The position numbers were made by a program, and so were the translations under genes. A model generated the notes under the pieces. It searched no databases. It worked only from the letters and a program-made list of their open reading frames with translations, and was not told the origin of the DNA. A stretch of DNA of 64,000 nucleotides from the human T2T-CHM13v2.0 reference genome, Homo sapiens, in the NCBI RefSeq assembly GCF_009914755.1, contig NC_060947.1, one strand, 5' to 3'. Below, piece after piece: positions 31,320 to 45,780 of this stretch (position 1 is its first letter; the number at the start of each line of letters is the position of its first letter).

Positions 31320-31829
31320 TCACATATCCTTTGCCCCCAAAGGTTTGGAACACTGCCTCATCTATTCTGCTTGTGGCCATTGCTCTGCCTCTCTCAGGTG
31401 TGAGGTGAGCTCCATTCCTCCACATCACCCAACTGCAAAGAACACATTCAGTAGATTTCAAAGGAATCTCATAGAAGACCCCTTTACTTGGCTGGAGATA
31501 ATAGATGAGAATTCTCAGCTCTTTCCCAAGGAGATAGACAAAATATCTTGTCAGAGAAATATCTGCACAAAATCCTTCCTCTGCACTTTCCTAAACCATT
31601 TAAAATCTGAAAGTCACCAAGGAGTTCAAGAGTAAGGAACAGATGCTTACCCATTTCCTTTAAAAATCTCTATTTAGTGATTTGTAACTCACACTAGTAT
31701 TTCGCATCTGTTGTAACATGGTGCCTAGTTCCAACTTCAATTTTAACATCTTATTCTGTATATATTCTTTTTTTGTCCACACAAATGTGAGAGTTATTTT
31801 TGAAATATAATGTCAAAAGAGATGATTTG

Positions 31830-32070
31830 TCTTAGTGGTTCAGTGTGGCACAGGCTTTGAAATCAGAAAACCAGTGTTATTAGATTTTTGACTTTAGGAA
31901 AGTAACTTGACTTCTTGCAGCCTTAACTTCATCCCCAGTAAAATGAGGATAATAATAGTACCTACCTCATGGGACTATTATCATAATTATAAGAAATCAC
32001 ATATGTAAAGAAATTAACATAATACTCAACTTGTGGTTTGATGTGCAATAAGTTAACTATTATTATTACT
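31830..32070 (+). mobile_element. MIR SINE
   Basis: gtaaaatgaggataataatagtacctacctcatggg core. Confidence 0.75.
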
Positions 32071-32152
32071 ATGATTGTTATTTTTAATATCTATAGGAAA
32101 CCAAATAATATGAAATGTCACAAATTATTTTTGAAAATACTATTCTAAGGTC

Positions 32153-32183
<31 letters not shown>

Positions 32184-32666
32184 TTCTATATCAATTTTTA
32201 TTCCTTCATTGTTACGAAACAGATGAATAATCCTTGGCAGATATACTTGAGAGAAGACTCTTCTCTCTTCCTGACTGGGGTCCAAGTAGTCCTAATCCCA
32301 TTTATCCGCATCTGTATATTCCACATTGGATTTGTCTCACACATGTCCTTCTTGAGATGTTACTTCTGTGTTTGAGCCAGATTCTCTGTCTAGAAAATTG
32401 TCCTTGGTTATACCTGCTCAATGTTTGCTATTAATAATGATATACATCATAATCATTTAAAAAGCCCAAAACTATAACAACCCTTTAGATTAAAGATACA
32501 TGCTCCATTGGCAGCCCTCAAGCCATTTATTTTCACAATGTGCTGAGTTTAACTCACTCATTCATTTATAAATTGACTTGGTTGCCAATATTTGGAATCA
32601 GAAGATGTTTATCCCAAATCCAGCTTTCCATGGGAAATCAGGTAACATGGGAGAACTTGGCCCATA
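32153..32666 (-). other. SVA-mediated 3' transduced segment with its own polyA signal and tail
   Basis: Lies between the SVA's internal tail and the left TSD; T28 at 32153-32180; minus-strand AATAAA at 32197-32202. Confidence 0.88.
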
Positions 32667-32668
32667 TT

Positions 32669-32714
<46 letters not shown>

Positions 32715-35410
32715 TTTTTTTATTGATCATTCTTGGGTGTTTCTCGCAGAGGGGGATTTGGCAGGGTCATAGGACAATAGTGGAGGGAAGGTCAGCAGAT
32801 AAACAAGTGAGCAAAGGTCTCTGGTTTTCCTAGGCAGAGGACCCTGCGGCCTTCCGCAGTGTTTGTGTCCCTGGGTACTTAAGATTAGGGAGTGGTGATG
32901 ACTCTTAACGAGCATGCTGCCTTCAAGCATCTGTTTAACAAAGCACATCTTGCACCGCCCTTAATCCATTTAACCCTGAGTGGACACAGCACATGTTTCA
33001 GAGAGCACAGGGTTGGGGGTAAGGTCACAGATCAACAGGATCCCAAGGCAGAAGAATTTTTCTTAGTACAGAACAAAATGAAAAGTCTCCCATGTCTACT
33101 TCTATCCACACAGACCCGGCAACCATCCGATTTCTCAATTTTTTTCCCCACCCTTCCCGCCTTTCTATTCCACAAAACCGCCATTGTCATCATGGCCCAT
33201 CCCCAATGAGCCGCTGGGCACACCTCCCAGACGGGGTCGTGGCCGGGCAGAGGGGCTCCTCACTTCCCAGTAGGGGCGGCCGGGCAGAAGCGCCCCTCAC
33301 CTCCCGGATGGGGCAGCTGGCCGGGCGGGGGGCTGACCCCCCCCACCATCCTCCCGGACGGGGCGGTTGGCCAGGCAGAGGGGCTCCTCACTTCCCAGTA
33401 GGGGCGGCCGGGCAGAGGCGCCCCTCACCTCCTGGATAGGGCGGCTGGCCGGGCGGGGGGCTGACCCCCCCACCTCCCTCCCGGACGGGGCGGCTGGCCG
33501 GGCAGAGGGGCTCCTCACTTCCCAGTAGGGGCGGCCGGGCAGAGGCGCCCCTCACCTCCCGGACGGGGCGGCTGGCCAGGCGGGGGGCTGATCCCCCCAC
33601 CTCCCTCCAGGATGGGGCGGCTGGCCAGGCGGGGGGCTGACCCCCCCACCTCCCTCCCAGACGGGGCGGCTGGCCGGGCAGAGGGGCTCCTCACTTCCCA
33701 GTAGGGGCGGCCGGGCAGAGGCGCCCCTCACCTCCCGGACTGGGTGGCTGGCCCGGCGGGGGGCTGACCCCCCCACCTCCCTCCCGGACGGGGCGGCTGG
33801 CCGGGTGGGGGCTGACCCCCCCCACCTCCCTCCCGGACAGGGCGGCTGGCCGACCCCCCCCCCCGCCTCCCTCCCGGACGGGGCGGCTGGCCGGGCAGAG
33901 GGGCTCCTCACTTCCCAGTAGGGGCGGCCGGGCAGAGGCGCCCCTCACCTCCCGGACGGGGCGGCTGGCCAGGCGGGGGGCTGATCCCCCCACCTCCCTC
34001 CCGGACGGGGCGGCTGGCCGGGCGGGGGGCTGACCCCCCCACCTCCCTCCCGGACGGGGCGGCTGGCCGGGCGGGGGGCTGATCCCCCCACCTCCCTCCC
34101 GGACTGGGCGGCTGGCCGGGCGGGGGGCTGACCGCCCCACCTCCCTCCCGGACGGGGCGGCTGGCCGGGCAGAGGGGTCCTCACTTCCTAGTAGGGGCGG
34201 CCGGGCAGAGGCGCCCCTCACCTCCCGGACGGGGCGGCCGGCCGGGCGGGGGGCTGACCCCCCCACCTCCCTCCCGGACGGGGCGGCTGGCCGGGCAGAG
34301 GGGCTCCTCACTTCCCAGTAGGGGAGGCCGGGCAGAGGCGCCCCTCACCTCCCGGACTGGGTGGCTGGCCGGGCGGGGGGCTGACCCCCCCACCTCCCTC
34401 CTGGACGGGGCAACTGGCCGGGCAGAGGGGCTCCTCACTTCCCAGTAGGGGCGGCCGGGCAGAGGAGCCCCTCACCTCCCGGACGGGGCGGCTGGCCGGG
34501 CGGGGGGCTGACCCCCCCCACCTCCCTCCCGGACGGGGTGGCTGCCGGGCGGAGACGCTCCTCACTTCCCAGACGGGGTGGCTGCCGGACGGAGGGGCTC
34601 CTCACTTCTCAGACGGGGCGGTTGCCAGGCAGAGGGTTTCCTCACTTCTCAGACGGGGCGGCCGGGCAGAGACGCTCCTCACCTCCCAGACAGGGTTGCG
34701 GCCCAGCAGAGGCGCTCCTCACATCCCAGACAGGGCGGCGGGGCAGAGGTGCTCCCCACATCTCAGACGATGGGCGGCCGGGCAGAGACGCTCCTCACTT
34801 CCTAGATGGGATGGCGGCCGGGCAGAGACGCTCCTCACTTTCCAGACTGTGCAGCCAGGCAGAGAGGCTCCTCATATCCCAGACGATGGGGGGCCAGGCA
34901 GAGACGCTCCTCACTTCCCAGACGGGTTGGCGGCTGGGCAGAGGCTGCAATCTCGGCACTTTGGGGGGCCAATGCAGGCGGCTGGGAGGTGGAGGTTGTA
35001 GCGAGCCGAGATCACGCCACTGCACTCCAGCCTGGGCACCATTGAGCACTGAGTGAACGAGACTCCGTCTGCAATCCCGGCACCTCGGGAGGCCGAGGCT
35101 GGCGGATCACTCGCGGTTAGGAGCTGGAGACCAGCCCGGCCAACACAGCAAAACCCCGTCTCCACCAAAAAAAAAACGAAAACCAGTCAGGCGTGGCGTC
35201 GCAGGCACTCGGCAGGCTGAGGCAGGAGAATCAGGCAGGGAGGTTGCAGTGAGCCGAGATGGCAGCAGTACCGTCCAGCTTTGGCTCGGCATCAGAGGGA
35301 GACCGTGGAGGGAGACGGAGACGGAGACGGAGAGGGGAGAGGGGAGAGGGGAGAGGGGAGAGGGGAGAGGGGAGAGGGGAGAGGGGAGAGGGGAGAGGGG
35401 AGAGGGAGAG
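32667..35410 (-). mobile_element. Full-length young SVA retrotransposon (D/E/F class; SINE-R variants recalled as SVA_E-like)
   Basis: All domains in order on the minus strand: CT-rich head 35311-35410, Alu-like ~34940-35300, GC-rich VNTR ~33215-34940, SINE-R ~32720-33215, AATAAA and A/(AAAT)n tail 32667-32724; CpGs largely intact. Confidence 0.97.
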
Positions 35411-35604
35411 CTATTCTAAGGTCTTTAGAAGCAAACAGTGCCATTGAGAATTCCTCAAAGCACTAAATTACAAAAATATTCACATAGATTTAAAGGTTAA
35501 ACCTGGCTTATAGCAGGTACTCAACTAATATTGAATGAATTAAATGAAACAACTCTTTATCTATCAGGTACCTTTACAAAGTGTACACTACCATTATGTT
35601 ATAA

Positions 35605-35706
35605 TGTATTAGTCTCCTGAGTCTGTTGTAAAAAGTTACCACAAACTTGGTGACTTAAAACAACAGAAATGTATTCTGTCATGGATCTGGAGGCCACAAT
35701 TCCAAT
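35605..35706 (-). mobile_element. MLT1C/D LTR terminal fragment
   Basis: tgtattagtctcctgag..ttaccacaaacttggtgacttaaaacaacagaaat. Confidence 0.7.
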
Positions 35707-36133
35707 ATATGTTAGAACCGCAGCTTATTAGAGGAAATAAGCAAGTCAGAATGCTTGACTGTACATATCATTCTAAACTGATAGACTTGACCTGAGGCCT
35801 TTGACCTCTTACGGAACAAAGGACAAGTACTTTGTGACAGCTATTTTTCTATTTTATTATTTGCCTATATTTGAAAGCACATTTAAATGATAGATGTTGA
35901 ATTTGTTAGAAAAGTGTCAGTCTTTAACTTTTGAAAAAATGCCAGTTAATAAAAAGGATATATAGGTATCAAGTATCCTTGATTGTGTTGTATTTAAAAA
36001 CAGTCGTGCGTATGTAAATAGTTCCAAAAATATGTGATAGCTACAGACTTTTTGGTTGTTTATGGAAATATATCTCAATTATAGCTGTTTTTTATAAGCC
36101 TGACCATCATAGCCAATCACTGGTATTAAAAAA

Positions 36134-36366
36134 ATATATATGTATATTATACGTATATATTTTATATACATAAATATACATATATACATATATATCTATA
36201 CCTTATATACCTATATTATTATTCTGCTTTTTGGTAGAAAAGGTGTGTGTGTATATATATATATATGTACACACATACACCTTTAATATATCATATGTAT
36301 ATATACCTTTAATATATTACATATATATGCCATATATATATATATATATATATATGCACCGTTTTG

Positions 36367-36416
<50 letters not shown>

Positions 36417-36430
36417 CTATGTATATATAT
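36134..36430. repeat. TA-rich low-complexity tract ending in a (GT)n microsatellite
   Basis: Direct reading; (GT)n at ~36369-36412. Confidence 0.9.
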
Positions 36431-36548
36431 ACCTGATATACCTGTATCATTCTGCTTTTTGACCTTATCTTTGAAAAACTTTGTCTTCTTTTGTTTTTAA
36501 GGATATTCACAAGAATATGAATAGTTCGAAATGTAAAATACAAACTGC

Positions 36549-37186
36549 TGTAGGGTAGAAAAAACTGTAGTGCCTTTTCCTCAGGGATTCCAAGCGTTGT
36601 GGCCAACACTCCTATGCCAAAAGACGTTAATAAGATAAAAGCATAACAGAATTAATCAAGGTATTTTGTGACATGGAAGGCTTCAGAAATGAAGACCCGA
36701 AGACCCAGGGAAAACTGTATTTCTGTGCTTAAGTTCGATGAAGCATAGACAGGTGTGGAGAAATGTGATTAGACAAAAGGGTATGATCTAGTGTTACCAG
36801 ATTGAGGGGGGAAATCCAGTGAGGCATGTTTGTTCAGATTCTTCTGGCCTCTTTGTGCAGCATTCTTTCCTCCAGGTACAGGGCAAGACACCTGTCACAT
36901 GTGGGTTTTCAGGGGAGAACAGAGAAGGTCAGAGAGTGACATTTCTTGGTTTTATGGCTTGCTTTGGGGGAGAGGAGTTCTAGTTTCTATGACTTACCTG
37001 AGAGTGTGGGTGGAGAGGAATTCTGGTTTCTATGTCACACTTTGGAGGAGAAAGGGGAGCCGGAGACTGGAGGGTGGGAGAAGGTCTGATAGACCTGCTT
37101 CTAAGGTCCCCCCAGTCTCCTCCAAGTCAAAGTACTCAGCATACAAAGGTGCCATACTTTGGGGTATTGTGTTCTGAGTTCCAACA
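36549..37186 (-). mobile_element. ERV1 MER39-like solo LTR (copy 2)
   Basis: TG..CA ends; terminal ctttggggtattgtgttctgagttccaaca; same internal blocks as the other copies. Confidence 0.75.
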
Positions 37187-37742
37187 TGGCAAACATGCCC
37201 TTTTATTATAAAATGGCTTTGGACATTTTACTGCATTGCCTTAAAAAATAACCAAGGAAATGTGCCAACATTTATAAAATATATGTGTAAATAATTATAT
37301 GCATTTTAATGTTTCTATCAAAATATAGACTAGTATAGATAGGTTTTGAGTTTATCAGTTGAACACTGTCAATCTTAAATTTTAAGCTGACTGTGGACTA
37401 TTTTATCTTAAAGCATTGTCTAAGAGATAAAAGAGTATACATTTACAAGATTACTTTCTAATTTAAAGGGAAAAAAGATTAGTATTCTCAACTTTAAATG
37501 AAAATCAGTAGCAGTGAGGAAATATAGTACTAGCTAAAATAGGCGTCTTGCAGCTCATGACCCTTGAGTTTATGCTTATTATATATGTGACCTTAGAGAA
37601 GTACCTTTACCTCAGTTAACTTCAATGTCCCCATCTGAAAAATAGGAGTTGTGATAATGATATATGAATTACAAGATTTTTTTTCTGTATTAAATAAGAT
37701 ACTATACACAAAGGGCTTAAAACAATATCTGACAAATTTATT

Positions 37743-38038
37743 TATTTATTTTTTTTGAGATGGAGTCTCACTCTGTCACCCAGGCTGGAGTGCAGTGGCT
37801 TGATCTTGGCTCACTGAAACCTCTGCCTCCTGGGTTTAAGTGATTCTCCTGCTTCAGCTTCCTGAGTAGCTTGGATTACAGGTGCCCGTCACCACGCCCG
37901 GCTAATTTTTGTATTTTTAGGAGAGACAGAGTTTCACCATGTTGGCCAGGCTGGTCTCGAACTCCTGACCTCAAGTGATCTGCCCGCCTTGGCCTCCCAA
38001 AGTGATGGTATTACAGGCGTGAGCCACTGCACCTGGCC
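37743..38038 (-). mobile_element. Alu (AluSz/Sx-like) inserted at the end of a MIR
   Basis: TSD gacaaatttatt at 37731-37742 and 38039-38050. Confidence 0.95.
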
Positions 38039-38589
38039 GACAAATTTATTCTTATTATTATGCATCATATTAAAAATTAGGCTTTTTAAATTTTTTGGTA
38101 TGCGTCATTCTCTGGACTGAGCATCTTAAGGACATAGAAACCATATCTTAATCATTTTTTATTGTGGCTTCATCAATTAACACTATTTTATCCTTAAATG
38201 CTTGAATAAATGATTCACTGATTGAGTGAATTGTCGGCTGAGTTAACTATAAAGTGTGTGAGAGGCATATAAATTTAATCACTTTAGGAAATTTTTAGTT
38301 TCAGTATTATATGGGAAATGGCACACACACACATACACACACACACACGCACATTGCTGAGCCAAATACATTTGAACATAGAATGCTCTATTTATAATGA
38401 ATCTAAAAGTGTTAAATTATACGTTTGATTCTTTTCATTTCTAAGAAGGTTTTGTAGATATTATTAAATCTTTGTTTACGTAGTTGTTAAATATTTGCTT
38501 TTAATTTTAGACAACAATTGGCTGAAAGAAAAGCTCATGTTATTTTTAAAAATGTTGCTTTTTAACACACATTTCCTATATTACAACTC

Positions 38590-39130
38590 TCTGAGGGACA
38601 AGTGACAGAAATCTAACTGAAAATAGTTCAAAGAAAAATACTGACTCAGTCAGTGAGCACTCCAGTGGTAGGACTGTCATTGTCCTCAGATAAAGTTGAA
38701 TCCGGGAGCTCAGTTGATATTATTAGTACTTTGTTTCTCTCTCTCTGTGTCACTCTCCCTCATCCCCTTCTTCTCTTCCTGTCTCTGTCTGTCTCTCCAT
38801 TTCTTAACTGTTCATTTCTCTGAGTCCCTGTGGTAACTTTATTATCTGTGAGGCCCTATCTTTCTGGTGATTAAAATGGCCTCTGGCTACCTCAGACTTA
38901 CATGATTCTTGGTGCCCCCCATTTTAGAAAGCTCCACATTTTTGTTTGGTCTGATTTTGATGACATGCTTTGATCACACGCCCACGCTGGAATCAACCCT
39001 AGTGGCTAAGGGGATATGTTACCCTGATTGGCCAGTCTTGGGTCATATGCCCAGCACTAAGATAAATAATATGTTCGGCCCACCCGAGCCGCAGGTACTG
39101 AGAACTGTGATCTGTTCTCCAAGCTTATGC
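38590..39130 (-). mobile_element. MLT1K-like MaLR LTR
   Basis: caagtgacagaaatctaact.., ctgattggccagtcttgggtcatatgccca. Confidence 0.6.
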
Positions 39131-39137
39131 TGGGTAA

Positions 39138-39138
<1 letters not shown>

Positions 39139-39184
<46 letters not shown>

Positions 39185-39185
39185 C
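39139..39185. repeat. (CA)n microsatellite
   Basis: Direct reading. Confidence 0.95.
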
Positions 39186-39569
39186 TCAAATATCACATGT
39201 TACTATGTTGATGACACTGTGATAAAAATTGGACAAGTCTTTTATAAGAAAGGCAACTTGACATATTGGAAAAATGTAGGAGGCAGATCATTTTCACTCC
39301 TGTACATTTTGGCTATTTGCTGTCATCAGCCAAGTTATATAACCTTTCTGAGCATCAATTACTTCACTGTAAACATAGGATAGATTGTGATGAAAATTAA
39401 ATGATACATTATGTAAAGAACCTAACCTAGTACTTAGCACATAGTAGATAATCAATGTATATTAAATGTGTAATCACTCTTTGATAAAAATACCTTAGGA
39501 TTCAGAAAAGGGAATTGAAAAGTGGGGAAGGGGTATGAAATTTAAAGAAATACTATCTGTTCCCTTTAT

Positions 39570-39990
39570 AAAAAATAAACTTTTTAAAGAACTATTCTAG
39601 ATATGCAGTATTATTATAGTTAGTTCTTTTTAAAGAACTATTCTAGATATGCAGTATTATACAGTTAGTTTCTGTATACCCTACGCTTAGTTTTCCCTGT
39701 TACTAATAACTTGCAAAAGTATGGTACAGTTGTCATAATTAATGAGCCAATATATGTTACTAACTAAAGTCCACATTTTATTCAGCTTTCCTCAGTTTTC
39801 CTTAACATTCTTCTTCTGTTCCAGGATCTCATCCAGATAATCACATTACATTTAATCATCATATATCAATAGGCTAACCTTGGCTGTGACAGTTTTTCAG
39901 ATTTTCCTTGTTTTTGAGGACCCTGACAGTTTTGAAGAGTACTCACTAGGTATTTTGTAGGATGTCCCTCAACTGGGATTTGTCTTTATA
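39570..39990 (-). mobile_element. L1MC/MD 3' end fragment carrying a 46-bp tandem duplication
   Basis: ttctgttccaggatctcatccag..gacagttttgaagagtact..tgtccctcaactgggatttgtct. Confidence 0.75.
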
Positions 39991-40224
39991 TGTATATTTT
40001 TTCATCAGATGTTTCTGGGCAAAATATAAGGTCAGAGACTTGTCAGTCACCTTCATCCCTATAGCTTAGCTCATTATCTGTTGCATAGTAGGTGCTGAAT
40101 ACATGTTTTTCTGCCAACTGAAAGAATAGATACAGTGGTAGAGATTACTGTTTATCTAGTCAATATTCTTTGTTTCCTTCTGCCTTACTGACAAGAACAT
40201 ACTTTAAAAATATATACTCAATTG

Positions 40225-40600
40225 TTTGTTGATTGAGGTGAAATTTGTATAACATAAAATCAGTCATTTTAAAGTGAAACATTCAGTGGCATTTAGAACA
40301 TTCACAGCGCTGGGCAACTACCATCTCTATCTAGTTCCAGAATATTTTCATCTACCCAGGAGAAGTTGCTGTACCCATTAAGCAGGTGTGTTCCCCATCT
40401 CTCCCACTTCCCCTACCCCCAGCTCTTGGCAATTACCAATCTACATTCTGTTTCTACAGATTTACCTATTCTTTATATTTAATATAAATGAATTCACACA
40501 ATATGTGACTTTTTGTGTCTGGCTTCTTTCACTTAGCATAATCTTTTTGATGTTCATCCGCATTCTGTCGTGTATCAACATTTCATTTCTTTTTATAATA
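40225..40600 (-). mobile_element. L1MB 3' end nested in an MLT1J-like LTR (~40145-40960)
   Basis: ttgaggtgaaatt..cattcagtggcatttag..ctatctagttccagaatatttt; MLT1J motifs on both sides. Confidence 0.75.
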
Positions 40601-41834
40601 AAAGCCTAATTTTTTTTGGAATAGCAATGACCAAGTTTAAAACTACATTCCCTTTCCTTTGGTCGTGTGGCACTGATGCCACCAATGATGTCTAGGAATC
40701 CCGATAAGGCCTCTAGGCAATTTTCTTACAGACAGCTGGTTCAGCCTGCAAGTACCCTGTTTGCTCTTTTCCCTTTTCCTTCTTCCTTTCTGAAATACAG
40801 GTATTATGGTGAGAGCTATAGATCTAAGCAACATAACACAAGGATGATGGAGTGAAAAGGTGAAGGAGCTGGAGTCTCCGAGGACACCATGTAGCTGCCA
40901 TACCAGCCCTGTAATGACTACTTTAGCCTTCATTCATGTGAAAGAGAAATGAACATCTAGTGCCCTTAAAAATATTAGTATAGCAATTCAGATTTTACTA
41001 TGCATTAGAAATCCAGTGAAAGCTAGAGACATTTCCTGGCCAATGGGTTTATCATAATTCTGAATTAACCTATGTAAGAGAATATTCAAATGTCCACTGA
41101 AATCAATGTTCTAATTATTATTGCCCTTGTCACCCTTAGCTTACTATTCCTGTGTTCCTAGTATGGCAGAATGAAAAAGGCTAAAACGTTATATCTGAAA
41201 TTGGAGGTTGCTGACCTGTAAAATGAGTTAGTTAGACAACAATATACCATTATAACTCCATCTTAACACATGTTACCACCCCCTTCTGGAAAATAAATCC
41301 AAGATGTCTGTAGCACCTTTGTAGCCCTGACGGAAGAGTCAGGCCCTTTGTGTTGCCTGCACATTCACTTAGGAGAGAATGAAGCGTGCTAATTTGTGGA
41401 GCATATAATCTATTCTTTTATTAAAAGTGTATGACAAATGGATACAGAGATACCTACCTGGCATACTCATTTGCATACTAAAAATATAATCTTTATAGAA
41501 GACAAAATAGAATACGTCCTTGAGCAAAACAGAGGGAACAATTTAGTGTTGGAATGGCTAAGAGGTTGGAATAATGATGACTAAACTTGAAAGTGAAGAT
41601 GAAAAAGTTGAGTCTGAAGGGCAATGAAAAGCCAGTGAGGATTTTTAAAAATAATAGTGTAGTTGGAGCAAAGGAGGAAAAAGTTATTTTGGTAGAAGGA
41701 ACATTTTCTATTACGTGAGGAAGGTAAACTAATGAGGAGACTGGAGCATGGAGTATGCTAATATGTGAATGAAAATAGTGAGTACATTGAGAGCAACCTT
41801 AGGATTGAAAATAAGCTTAAAAATGAAAAAATGA

Positions 41835-42170
<336 letters not shown>

Positions 42171-42173
42171 TTG

Positions 42174-42233
<60 letters not shown>

Positions 42234-44499
42234 GTTTGTTTTTGTAATTTTAGCTTCAGGAAAAACTTTCTGAGGCAAAAAAGTTAATTGGGACTTAAAA
42301 CCAAAGACCAGAATAAGTCATTCATTTGAATACATTTATTGAGAATTTACTATATTCCAGGACTCTGCTAGGCATTGGAGATTAAATTGTGAATTAAAAA
42401 ATAAGGCTTTTACCCCCATTGATCTTAGGTTTTAGTGAAGGAAAGACAGTAAACAGATAACAAGTAAATACTTAAAGAGACAGTTAATAGTGTCACAGTT
42501 TTTCCAATTTTAGTTCCATTTAGCAGTAAAAACAGAATAAAATGAAGCCACATGTAATTGGAAGAGAGAGGTCAAGCATGTAACTTTTCTTGAAGATGAA
42601 TCATTCAACAAGCATGTTTGCATCTGGTCATTAGTGATGCGTTTGGGCAGCTTTGCCCTCACTGTCCTCAGTCACAAGAAAGGATGGACATGAGCAGAGG
42701 ACCCTGTAGAAAAAGGCAGACATACATGACAATATGAAGTATCACTTGGTTGCTTTTCTAATTATTTATCAGTTTTTAAATTGTAAATATGACTTAGACT
42801 GCAGGCTAGTATCACCTGAATTGTCTAATTATGCTAACACGCTACTAAAAATTACGATGTTGATAATGTGTTTCTCTTTAAGTTCAAGTAAACATCATTA
42901 AAAGAAGCACAAAGCAAGTGAAATATGCATGGCAGAGAAGCAGTATAATAAGGGACCATTGCTAGGTCACAGGTTCCAATGTTAACAGCGAATGAAGCCG
43001 TTTTCTTTTTTTTCTGGAATAGAATTTCAAGTAGATGATGACTGAAAAGTCGTTCTTGGACAGTTCAGCCTCATTACTTCTGGAGGTCTCTCTCATCAGT
43101 GCCTAGTGGAGATGACAATTCCTAAACTGTCTGCAACAAGTATTAATTACTTGGGTAATCAAAACAATATAATTGTTGATTTCTTCCCTGTATTTATTTT
43201 ATAAAATGAAAACAGCTTTAACTGTTTTTCTGGCTGTTAAAATACAAGCTCCTTGGAAAAACCTGTAAATGAATAGTCAAATTATCAATAATGGTTTTCT
43301 CCCATGGTGAGATTGTAGGTACTTTTGCTTTCTTGTATTTATTTTCCATATTTTTGTTCCCAGTGAGTCCCACAGGGAGAAGCTGAGATGCCATAAAGGA
43401 AAAATTGGGGCTCATGAGCAAATAGGGTAAGGACCCAGAAGTGGTACAGGCCTAATGGTTCCCTGCTTTTTGTTTTAGCCCAGGTATCCCCCTTTCCTTG
43501 GGCTAATGTAGATGAGTCTTTTCCTTTGCCCCCAAAGAACCCTGCTAAAACCGGGTGGGGCTACATTCTACACTTGTATTTATTGGTCATCATTCCACAG
43601 AACCAAGCACACAGTAGAAACTCAAGAAATAAAATACTTGATTTTATTAAGTGTCTTATTTCCTGAAAGTATGAAATAACATTACGTGGTGGAGATATGG
43701 TTAAAAACAATATGATCAATTTCAGGAGAAGGAAACACTCCATAAAGTGCGAGTCAACTTGATGATATTCTATGAGAAAAGATTGATTTGTAGTTTTTTT
43801 TTACATTAGAAATCTCATATATGTGTCTTTGTGTGCAATATTTATTTAAATAAAGGCTAAAGATTCCCAAAAACATTAGTGAGAAACTCTTCTTAATTAG
43901 CTTTCACTTCTTGGCCCACATTAGTCTTTCTCTCTCTCACTTTCTCACACACATACACACACACCACACACAAATGTAGGTAGGAGAGCAAGGGAGGAAT
44001 TCCGCATTAGGACATATCGAAAGTAGATTAATGCAAATGAACAAGATGCCAAGTACAGTATGAAAATTGACATTTATCAGCACACTCTGTATGAAGATAT
44101 TTTCAAAGCTTTGCCATACATATGAAAATATTCCATTTTTATGCTTATGTTTTCGTTATTCAATAGCATGCATTACTTTCTGTTGTTTCCAAATGCAAGT
44201 TGTAAATCTCCTCAGAAAATTTCACCGATGTGAGATTTCACTTAGTCTTTTATGGTTGGGTGGATCATTTCCTTTCAACCAGAACAGTAATTCCATGTAA
44301 AAGAGTAAGAATAAATTGAAATAGAAAGCCATGTTGCTTTGAAATTGAAAAAGAAATAAATTATTAATTTTAGTGGCTTTTTGGCCATACTTAAGTTCCT
44401 ATTTTCATCTATGGAATTATATTTTAACATCATAAACATGAACTATGTTTTATGTTCACAGAAAAGGGAAATTTTCATCTAGCTATTCATTTTACATAG

Positions 44500-45780
<1,281 letters not shown>

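Noticed and set aside
32727-35466. Long Pro/Gly/Arg-rich ORFs, up to 206 aa
   Set aside because: They arise from the stop-poor GC-rich SVA VNTR, Alu-like and head repeats; SVA is non-coding.
43000-43145. Polypyrimidine tract plus AG suggesting an exon
   Set aside because: The frames checked stop early and there is no convincing donor; such cryptic acceptors are common in AT-rich DNA.
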